A stretch of 64,000 nt of DNA from positions 34,148-98,147 of the forward strand of contig DUPC01000031.1 in the NCBI GenBank assembly GCA_012838545.1. The letters run 5' to 3'. Positions 56,973 through 64,000 of this stretch are shown piece after piece. The translations under genes were made by a program, and so were the position numbers. Source of the DNA: Acholeplasmataceae bacterium. Its GTDB lineage: Bacteria > Bacillota_I > Bacilli_A > ML615J-28 > CAG-313. Position 1 is the first letter of the stretch. Each line of letters begins with the position of its first letter. The notes beneath the pieces were generated by a model that saw only the letters and a list, made by a program, of their open reading frames with translations, searched no databases and was not told the DNA's origin.

Positions 56973-58356
56973 TAAAATCGGTTCAGAATACAAATACGGT
57001 TTTAAAACCGAAGCTCCTACCGTATTCGATACCGGAAAAGGGATATCCGAAGAAATAGTCAAAAAGATATCCGCTTTTAAAAATGAACCAAAGTGGATGG
57101 AAGAAAATCGTTTAAAAGCTTACCATGAATTTGCCAAAATGAGATGGCCATCCTTTGGTCCCGATTTATCCAGCTTGACTTTTGATGAATATATCTATTA
57201 CATCAAATCAAGCGAAAAAACTGTAAATCGCTGGGACGAAGTGCCCGAATCAATTAAAAAAACCTTTGACCAATTGGGTATCCGGGAAGCCGAACAAAAG
57301 TATTTGGCAGGTGTATCCACCCAATTCGAATCAGAAGTCGTATATCATAACACCATCAAGGAATTGGAAGAATTGGGTGTGTTATTCTGCGACACCGACA
57401 CTGCGGTAAGGTTATACCCTGATTTGGTCAAAGAATATTTCGGAAAAATCGTTCCTGCCGCGGACAATATGTTTGCCGCACTGAATACCGCTGTTTGGAG
57501 CGGGGGTTCGTTTATCTATGTTCCCAAGGGAGTAAAAATCGAAAAACCGCTACAATCATACTTTAGAATCAACACCGAACAAATGGGGCAATTCGAAAGG
57601 ACGTTAATCATTGTCGACGAAGGCGCAAGTCTCCACTATGTTGAAGGCTGCACCGCGCCGATTTATTCCAAAGATTCGCTTCATGCGGCGGTGGTGGAGA
57701 TTTATGTCAAAAAAGGCGGGTATTGTCGTTATTCCACCGTGCAAAATTGGTCTAAGAATATTGTCAATTTGGTAACCAAAAGAACTTGGGTGGAAGAAAA
57801 CGCCCAAATGGAATGGATTGACGGTAACATCGGTTCCAATATCAACATGAAGTACCCCGCTTGTATTTTGGCAGGTCCTTATGCCAAAGGCACAACCATT
57901 TCGATTGCCTTCGCCAGCGACGGCCAAATTCAGGATACCGGCGCCAAGATGATTCATCTGGCCCCATATACTTCCAGCCAAATTATCTCCAAATCGATTT
58001 CGCGCGGAACCGGGAAAGTCAATTACCGGGGGCTTGTGCGTCATAACAAAAACGCACTATATGCTAAAAGCCATATTGAATGCGATACTTTGATGCTTGA
58101 CGAAAAGTCTTTAAGCGACACCATTCCTACCAATATCGTGCAAAACTCAACATCTTTCATCGAACATGAAGCCTCGGTCTCCAAAGTCAACGAAGAACAA
58201 TTGTTCTACCTGATGAGCAGAGGTTTGACCGAAGAACAGGCAACGGAAATGATCATCATGGGATTCATCGAACCGTTTGCCAAAGAACTTCCGATGGAGT
58301 ATGCGGTAGAGTTGAACCAATTAATCAAATTGGAAATGAAAGGTTCAATCGGTTAA
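56959..58356 (+). CDS. sufB: Fe-S cluster assembly protein SufB
   Basis: 465 aa. SufB beta-helix with the C-terminal [13 protein letters not shown] motif. Confidence 0.93.
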   Translation: MSNLDKIGSEYKYGFKTEAPTVFDTGKGISEEIVKKISAFKNEPKWMEENRLKAYHEFAKMRWPSFGPDLSSLTFDEYIYYIKSSEKTVNRWDEVPESIKKTFDQLGIREAEQKYLAGVSTQFESEVVYHNTIKELEELGVLFCDTDTAVRLYPDLVKEYFGKIVPAADNMFAALNTAVWSGGSFIYVPKGVKIEKPLQSYFRINTEQMGQFERTLIIVDEGASLHYVEGCTAPIYSKDSLHAAVVEIYVKKGGYCRYSTVQNWSKNIVNLVTKRTWVEENAQMEWIDGNIGSNINMKYPACILAGPYAKGTTISIAFASDGQIQDTGAKMIHLAPYTSSQIISKSISRGTGKVNYRGLVRHNKNALYAKSHIECDTLMLDEKSLSDTIPTNIVQNSTSFIEHEASVSKVNEEQLFYLMSRGLTEEQATEMIIMGFIEPFAKELPMEYAVELNQLIKLEMKGSIG

Positions 58357-58363
58357 AAAAATT

Positions 58364-58411
58364 AGTTCCTATTTAGTTTGCTTTTGGCAAATTAACTAGG
58401 AACTTTTTTTA
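58364..58411 (+). terminator. intrinsic terminator after sufB
   Basis: AGTTCCTA...TAGGAACT stem with an inner small hairpin, followed by a 7-T run. Confidence 0.55.
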
Positions 58412-58832
58412 TTAAAAAGACAAGTAAACAGGAACACCCATTTACTTGCCCTACGGAGGTGATAAATAAAGAAAAGTTAGAGCGTTTTGAAAACTAAAGG
58501 GAAGAGATTTCCTTAAGAAAGAGAATTGTTTCGTCAAGGAGTTCCCTTAATCTTTGAAAAAAATATAGGGAATTTTCAATAGGGTTTTGACATGCAAAAA
58601 TATGAATGGTAAAAGTCAGTCTACCGTATTTTAGTTAAGGAAATCTCTCTATTTTATTTTAACATACTTTTGACGATTTGCCAAGAAATATGCCAAAAAA
58701 AATGGTGCCTATAGGCTTCATGAAAGGAAAATAATTTCATAATAGTTGCATTACTATTGTAAATATTTTGCAATTATTATAATATATCTGTAACAACCTG
58801 TTGGTTGAACGTTCCTATTAAAGGAGGAAACC

Positions 58833-59420
58833 GTGAATAAAAAGATTATCAGTTTCGGAAGTATTGTTTTTATTGTCTTGTTGGTAATTGCCATTATTTT
58901 AATTGTCGGATATAATTCTTTAGTTGATCGCAAAGAAGAAATTGTTGCCAAAGAAAGTCAAGTATTGAATCGTTTAAGCCAAAGAGACGCAACGATTTAC
59001 CAACTCCTTGGAGCAGTGGAAGGTTTACAAGAGCATGCAGAAAACATATATGAAATGATAACGGATGCCAGAAAAGCTTTTAACGATGCCAAAGCAGCAG
59101 GCGACACAGAAGGAATGATTGAGGCAGATGCCATGGAAGTTAAAGCCGTAAGGGAATTAATAATTGTTATTGAAGATAACCCCAACGTTAACGCCACACC
59201 CGCCTTTTTGACTTTAATGGACGAGATAACCGCTAACGAAAACGCGATTAGCGTAGCCAGAAAAGACTATAACGATCGGGTTGCCGAATACAATAAATCG
59301 GTGCGCAAATTCCCAACAATTCTTTATGCCAAGTTATTCGGGTTTGAAGCAGATAAACCTTACTGGAAGATGGACGGCAACAATGAAATTCCTAAAATTG
59401 AATTTAACAAAAATGACTAA
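58833..59420 (+). CDS. lemA: LemA family protein
   Basis: An N-terminal TM segment is followed by the LemA helical domain (RKEEIVAKESQV...). The RBS is AAAGGAGG. Confidence 0.88.
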   Translation: MNKKIISFGSIVFIVLLVIAIILIVGYNSLVDRKEEIVAKESQVLNRLSQRDATIYQLLGAVEGLQEHAENIYEMITDARKAFNDAKAAGDTEGMIEADAMEVKAVRELIIVIEDNPNVNATPAFLTLMDEITANENAISVARKDYNDRVAEYNKSVRKFPTILYAKLFGFEADKPYWKMDGNNEIPKIEFNKND

Positions 59421-60213
59421 GTATCTGAAATATATATTTTTTATTTCTTTAATTTTGTTAATGCTAGTAGGTTGCAAATCCGGTAAACTCCCAAGACCTT
59501 CAAGTGAATTTTATGTCAACGATTTTGCGAATGCTTTGTCGTTGGCAACAAAAGAAAACATTGTTTATTATAGTAATGAGGTTTACGAAGACACCAAAAA
59601 AATCAAAGACATCGGCGGAACCCAAATAGTTTTTGCCACTTTCTTGCTTGATGAAAACTTATCAAGCGGAGAAATCGATATCACTGCTTTATATCGCAAG
59701 TGGGGCATCGGCAAGAACGATATGGGAATATTTACGGTATTGTTTTTTGAGCGCGACGATGACGGTTTGTTAACTTTATCCGAAAGTTACATTGAAGTCG
59801 GATATCGAATGGAACAATATTTGACCGCAGGAAAAATGGGAAGGATTTTGGACGAAACCGTAAATAATGCCGATTTTGAATTCGATTACGATTTGGCGGT
59901 TGCCAAACTTTTGTTCGAATACTTAATTATTGTGACCGAAGATATCTATCCCGACTTTTACGAACCGTTTACTTATGATTTGGATGAATTTGTTATCGAA
60001 CGGGACAATAGTTTGGGTATCGATTATTCCTATGGGGATATACCGATGAGTTTCTTTTATTATCTTTTTTCGCCGTATTCAAGCATTTTTGAAAAAATCC
60101 TTCTCGGTTTGTTTTTTACCTTCGTTGTGGGCTTGGGCGGAACGGGATTTTTCATCAAGCGTTCTCGAGGAGGGGGAGGTTCCAGCGGCGGAATGCGCGT
60201 GGGACGTAGGTAA
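59413..60213 (+). CDS. TPM-domain (TLP18.3/Psb32/YgcG-like) lipoprotein with C-terminal TM and Gly-rich tail
   Basis: Signal peptide with the lipobox LVGC. The TPM phosphatase-like domain starts at YVNDFANAL. The C-terminal GGTGFF...GGGGSSGG tail is typical of YgcG. It is downstream of lemA, the common LemA-TPM pairing. The alternative start is ATG 59383. Confidence 0.7.
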   Translation: MTKYLKYIFFISLILLMLVGCKSGKLPRPSSEFYVNDFANALSLATKENIVYYSNEVYEDTKKIKDIGGTQIVFATFLLDENLSSGEIDITALYRKWGIGKNDMGIFTVLFFERDDDGLLTLSESYIEVGYRMEQYLTAGKMGRILDETVNNADFEFDYDLAVAKLLFEYLIIVTEDIYPDFYEPFTYDLDEFVIERDNSLGIDYSYGDIPMSFFYYLFSPYSSIFEKILLGLFFTFVVGLGGTGFFIKRSRGGGGSSGGMRVGRR

Positions 60214-60230
60214 GGTTTATTAAAAAGGGG

Positions 60231-60731
60231 ATGAAGTTTATGAACTTTTACCTGAGGGATTTAAAACCCGGGGATGAGGAAGGAAAAGGATATGTCCATT
60301 ATGCTTCATGGCACGAAACTTATGTTGGTTTAATGCCACAAGAATATCTTGACAAAGTCACTTTGGATTATTGCATCCATATTGCCCGTACTTATCCCCA
60401 AAATACGATTGTCGCGATAGTCGATGAAAAAATCGTCGGTTTTTCCTGCTATATGGAAGAAGCGGAAAATCGCGCATCGAAAAAACCATCCTCGGAGATA
60501 ATGGCGCTTTATGTGTTGAAGGAATATCAAAAACAAGGTATCGGTTATGCTTTGTTGCAAGCGGTTTTAAAACGTTTAACCCCAAAAACAGTTATTTTAT
60601 TTGTGCTCGAAGGAAATGACCGGGCAATTGAATTTTATCAAAAAGCCGGTTTTGTTTTCACGAGACACAAAATAGAAAAACAAATCTCAGGAAAAACTTT
60701 AGTGGAATTGGAAATGGTCTTGTTTTTATAA
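60231..60731 (+). CDS. GNAT family N-acetyltransferase
   Basis: Acetyl-CoA-binding motif QKQGIGYALLQAV. Confidence 0.8.
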   Translation: MKFMNFYLRDLKPGDEEGKGYVHYASWHETYVGLMPQEYLDKVTLDYCIHIARTYPQNTIVAIVDEKIVGFSCYMEEAENRASKKPSSEIMALYVLKEYQKQGIGYALLQAVLKRLTPKTVILFVLEGNDRAIEFYQKAGFVFTRHKIEKQISGKTLVELEMVLFL

Positions 60732-60793
60732 AGGCTTATGGTAATAACCAAAACATGGAAATGCTTTGCTTATTTAAATAAATTTAGGAGAAT

Positions 60794-61147
60794 ATGAAAA
60801 TGGTAAGAAAACTGATGTGCGTAAATATCACATCCAAAGATTCAAAAAGATTGGCGGACTTTTACCGTGCTATCGGTGTTCCCGTTTATGTCAACGATGA
60901 AGATTATGACGGTTGGTTTTTGGGAAATTCCGAAAACGAAGGCTGCGTTACGGTTTGGGATGAGAACAAATGGGGGCCGTCTTGTGCGGGATTTATTACA
61001 ATGGTGTTTGAGGTTGACGATTTGGAAGAAACTTATGAAAAAATCATAAGTCAAGGTATTGCCATTAATCCGCCAAGAACAGCTGATTGGGGCGGACAAG
61101 AACTTACTTTGAAGGACCCAGACGGTAACATCATCATGTTTTTATAG
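60794..61147 (+). CDS. VOC (glyoxalase/bleomycin-resistance) family protein
   Basis: 117 aa with a beta-alpha-beta-beta-beta VOC-like sequence ending in PDGNIIMF. Confidence 0.7.
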   Translation: MKMVRKLMCVNITSKDSKRLADFYRAIGVPVYVNDEDYDGWFLGNSENEGCVTVWDENKWGPSCAGFITMVFEVDDLEETYEKIISQGIAINPPRTADWGGQELTLKDPDGNIIMFL

Positions 61148-61186
61148 TTTTTAAAAAGAACTTTTCTAGCTATGTAAAAGCAATCA

Positions 61187-61210
61187 CCCGAGTCATGAGA
61201 CTCGGGTTTT
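61187..61210. terminator. bidirectional terminator between the VOC gene and sodA
   Basis: A perfect 8-bp stem CCCGAGTCatgaGACTCGGG flanked by A and T runs. Confidence 0.7.
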
Positions 61211-61211
61211 G

Positions 61212-61865
61212 TTATTGTTTAAGGCAATTGACATTTCTAAAAAAAAGATATTGGTATCTTTTGGAAACTTCTTCCCAATTAATTAAATTAAACCAAGCAT
61301 TGACATACTCTTTACGGTTGTTTTGGTATTGAAGATAATAACTGTGTTCCCATAAATCAATTGTTAAAAGCGGGAATAAGCGATACGGCAAAGGGGTGTT
61401 TTGGTTTATTGTTGTCATTAATCTCAGTTCACCGAAGGGACTTGCCACAAGCGTCACATAACCGGAACCGACAAACTCTGTTGTCAATCTTTTAAACAAC
61501 TCCTCAAAACCCTCCATTGACCCAAAATAGTTATTGAGAGCTTTATGAAGCAAATTGTCTTTGATTTGTTGATTATAAGGCGTCATGGTGGCAAAGTATA
61601 GTTCGTGGTTATATACTCCCCCCGCATTCACCCAAACTTGGTTTTGAATTTCCAAAGGCAGTTGATAGATGTTCAAAATTAAATCATACAGCGTCCAATG
61701 ATGATATCGAGGAAAGGTATTTAGTGTTTCATTCAGTTTGTTGATATACGATTTATAGTGTTTTTCGTAATGAGTTGAAACGACTTCCTCGCTTAAGTAC
61801 GGTTCCAATTCGTTGAAACGGTATCTTAAAGGCATCGGCGTAAACGGGTAAGTTAATTTAGTCAT
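61212..61865 (-). CDS. sodA: superoxide dismutase (Fe/Mn family)
   Basis: Fe/Mn SOD N-terminal helical hairpin (FNELEPYLSEEVVSTHYEKHYKSY) and the C-terminal DLWEHSYY motif. Confidence 0.9.
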   Translation of the reverse strand: MTKLTYPFTPMPLRYRFNELEPYLSEEVVSTHYEKHYKSYINKLNETLNTFPRYHHWTLYDLILNIYQLPLEIQNQVWVNAGGVYNHELYFATMTPYNQQIKDNLLHKALNNYFGSMEGFEELFKRLTTEFVGSGYVTLVASPFGELRLMTTINQNTPLPYRLFPLLTIDLWEHSYYLQYQNNRKEYVNAWFNLINWEEVSKRYQYLFFRNVNCLKQ

Positions 61866-61986
61866 GGTATCATTCCTTTCACAATATATATATTGTTATA
61901 AAGGGCAATTCATGATTATTTTAGGTTTCTTAAAAAACATGTTTTTAAAATCATGCGAATAAGATTTAATAAGGATGTGAGTGTAA

Positions 61987-62739
61987 ATGGATTTTAAATT
62001 TCATGATCTGAATGTCCATTATGTGGTGGAAGGAATCGGGAAGCCGGTTATTTTTCTTCATGGTTGGGGAGGAAACCAGAAAACTTTTGATAGAATCGTC
62101 CCCAGCTTAATAAATCATTACACCGTATATCGAATCGATTTGCCGGGGTTTGGGCAAAGCGATGCTTTAATCAAATCCTTTGCGCTTGACGATTACACCG
62201 CCTTTTTAGAAAACTTTATTAGGAAACTAAAATTGGATAGTCCGATTTTAATCGGCCACTCTTTCGGGGGAAAAATCATTTTGTCCTATTTAATTAAAAA
62301 CACCGATGTAAAAAAAGCGATTCTAATATCAAGTTCCGGGATAAAACACCCCTTAAGCTTAAAGAAACGCTTGCAGGTTGCATGGTTTAAGATAAGAAAA
62401 AGGTGGTACATATATAGAAAAGACGGAGTTGCTTTACAAAAACTATATGAAAGATCCGGAAGCGAAGACTATCGAAATGCGGGCTTGGTAATGAAAGAAA
62501 CACTATCTAAAATTGTCGCCAAAGGTTTACAACAAGAATTAAAGAAAATCAAACAAGAAGTTTTGTTAATTTGGGGGAAGCTCGATAAAACCACGCCTTA
62601 TCGCGATGCTTTGATAATGAATAAAAGAATCAAAAACAGCGGGCTTGTAACGTTCGAGGAAGCGGGACATTTTCCCTACTTGGAAGATCCTGTGCGGTTT
62701 TGTTACGTCCTAAAGAATTATTTGGAAATAACGGATTGA
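61987..62739 (+). CDS. alpha/beta hydrolase
   Basis: HGWGG oxyanion region and the nucleophile elbow GHSFGG. Confidence 0.85.
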   Translation: MDFKFHDLNVHYVVEGIGKPVIFLHGWGGNQKTFDRIVPSLINHYTVYRIDLPGFGQSDALIKSFALDDYTAFLENFIRKLKLDSPILIGHSFGGKIILSYLIKNTDVKKAILISSSGIKHPLSLKKRLQVAWFKIRKRWYIYRKDGVALQKLYERSGSEDYRNAGLVMKETLSKIVAKGLQQELKKIKQEVLLIWGKLDKTTPYRDALIMNKRIKNSGLVTFEEAGHFPYLEDPVRFCYVLKNYLEITD

Positions 62740-62743
62740 TTCT

Positions 62744-64000
62744 ATGGATATTTTAACCTTTATTTATGTATTTGGCTGTTTAGTGGTTATGGTTCCATTT
62801 TCCTACGAATGTTTTCTTCTTTTCCAACAAGAACATTATTCCGTTAAAAAAACAATTAATTCTCTTTATTTCCGTTATTTAAGGAATAAAGCCGTTTATG
62901 CCTTATATAGCGCTATTTTTTGGGCGCTTTTGGTTGCTTTTAATTTACCAACATATTTGTACCTAGGAACGGTTGTTTGCTTTCTTTGGTACATATATTT
63001 AATTCCCAAAGCTATTGTGCCTTTAAAAATAACCCCCCGCATTATCCGCTTAATGATTACACATTCTTTGTTAATAGTTTTGGTGCTTTTGCTTTTACTT
63101 GGGTTTTCATTTTTCTTGGGTTTTTCTTTATGCATAATAGTGCTACCTTTTTTGATGTTTTTTGCAAATACAATCAATTATCCAATAGAACAATTGATTC
63201 GGGGATATTACCTTAGAAAAGCAAGGAATAAATTAGGCAAAATGCGTCACTTAATTAAAGTTGGAATTACGGGCAGTTTCGGAAAAACTTCAACAAAGAA
63301 TATTCTTTCTCAACTTCTGAGTGATGCGTTTTTGGTTTTCTCGACTCCAAAATCATTCAATACTCCATTGGGGATTGCTTTAACGGTAAACAACATGCTT
63401 CCGAGTTATGCGGAGGTATTTATTACGGAAATGGGGGCGTTTCGGTTAAAAGAAATCAAATACTTGGCTGAATTTGTGAAACCGCAAATATCAATTATCA
63501 CCGACATCGGTCCTCAGCACTTATCCACTTTTAAAACCATGGATAACATTGTTAAAGCCAAAACGGAAATCTTGGAAAATAACAATCCCCCATTGATTGG
63601 GATTATTAATTCCAATTCAGCTTATTTGGTTGACTATTTGAAAGAAAAAACAAATTCCAAAACCGAACTGATTTGGGTTGGAGTCGAAAATGAGAAAGCC
63701 AATATATATGCATCCAATATTCAGATAACCAATAAAGACACTTCTTTTGATATCTACATCGACGGAGTATTAAAGGCAAATGTGCAAACGAAACTATTGG
63801 GCAGACACAACATCTACAATATTCTTTTTGGAGTGGCAGGAATAATTGCTTTGCAAAACTTAGGTTACGATTTTGACTTAACCAACTTAAGTGAAAAAAT
63901 CATAAACCTAATACCGATTGAACATCGGCTTGAATTCCAAAGGTGGGGTAACTGGGATGTATACGATGACAGTTACAATTCAAACATTCAAGGATTTTTA
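62744..64000 (+). CDS. murF: MurF-type Mur ligase (UDP-MurNAc-tripeptide--D-Ala-D-Ala ligase) fused to a ~165-aa N-terminal polytopic membrane region; 3' end lies outside the window
   Basis: Frame 2 is open from ATG 62744 to the window end. The first ~135 aa are hydrophobic, with about 4-5 TM segments. These are followed by the pre-P-loop helix, the P-loop GITGSFGKTSTK at 63266, and the MurF motif HRLE....YDDSYNSN near 63925. Confidence 0.7.
   Translation, partial: MDILTFIYVFGCLVVMVPFSYECFLLFQQEHYSVKKTINSLYFRYLRNKAVYALYSAIFWALLVAFNLPTYLYLGTVVCFLWYIYLIPKAIVPLKITPRIIRLMITHSLLIVLVLLLLLGFSFFLGFSLCIIVLPFLMFFANTINYPIEQLIRGYYLRKARNKLGKMRHLIKVGITGSFGKTSTKNILSQLLSDAFLVFSTPKSFNTPLGIALTVNNMLPSYAEVFITEMGAFRLKEIKYLAEFVKPQISIITDIGPQHLSTFKTMDNIVKAKTEILENNNPPLIGIINSNSAYLVDYLKEKTNSKTELIWVGVENEKANIYASNIQITNKDTSFDIYIDGVLKANVQTKLLGRHNIYNILFGVAGIIALQNLGYDFDLTNLSEKIINLIPIEHRLEFQRWGNWDVYDDSYNSNIQGFL

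Noticed and set aside
57604-58044. 146-aa minus-strand ORF inside sufB
   Set aside because: It is antisense to the conserved sufB and is a shadow ORF.
58412-58832. Possible tRNA or rRNA gene in the long sufB-lemA gap
   Set aside because: No cloverleaf-compatible arrangement (acceptor stem, GTTC T-loop, CCA) or rRNA-like conserved block could be recognised. The region is kept only as a candidate regulatory RNA.
62896-63216. ORFs 62977..63216 (+, frame 1) and 62896..63177 (-) in the region upstream of the MurF P-loop
   Set aside because: They overlap the hydrophobic, T-rich coding region of the long frame-2 ORF that runs continuously into MurF. Such T-rich sequence is stop-poor in several frames. 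Neither has an RBS.
1-64000. Possibility that this is a Mollicute using TGA as Trp, given the low GC and ribosomal operon layout
   Set aside because: Very long ORFs (mfd 1151 aa, PFOR 1180 aa, secY, rpoA) are intact under the standard code, and TGA is used as a stop (for example the ATGA overlap between the NusG_II gene and ecfA1). Sporulation genes (spoVT, cwlJ, gerQ) point to a spore-forming Firmicute.

Overview
This 64 kb window is a chromosomal segment from a low-GC (~38%) endospore-forming Firmicute. Gene order resembles Bacillus subtilis (Bacilli/Erysipelotrichia-like). Long ORFs such as mfd and PFOR are intact and TGA is used as a stop, so this is the standard genetic code, not a Mollicute. 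Almost every gene is on the + strand. No rRNA or tRNA genes, CRISPR arrays or mobile elements were seen. Contents in order: gyrA 3' end; a T-box leader plus serS; a HIT hydrolase; a Gx-transporter-like membrane protein; the cwlJ-gerQ spore germination operon on the minus strand; ppa; fhs-folD-pth-mfd-spoVT; degV; fba; ilvA plus an unknown gene; the complete S10-spc-alpha ribosomal superoperon (rpsJ through rplQ, with secY, adk, map, infA and rpoA); a NusG-domain-II-like gene translationally coupled to the ECF energizing module ecfA1-ecfA2-ecfT-truA; a small island holding a secreted protein, a small basic protein and two tandem paralogous lipoprotein amidases; tmk-holB-ricT(yaaT)-trmN6(yabB)-rsmI; a B12-binding radical SAM gene plus murE on the minus strand; pyruvate:ferredoxin oxidoreductase; a two-gene membrane cassette; apbE-sufCDSUB; lemA plus a TPM gene; GNAT, VOC, sodA and alpha/beta-hydrolase genes; and the 5' part of a MurF-type ligase. 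The most unusual observations are an RpoA carrying a second, degenerate alpha-CTD copy, a MurF ORF fused in frame to a ~165-aa polytopic membrane N-terminus, ribosomal protein L29 with a lysine-rich N-terminal extension, and the tandem lipoprotein-amidase pair inserted between truA and tmk.
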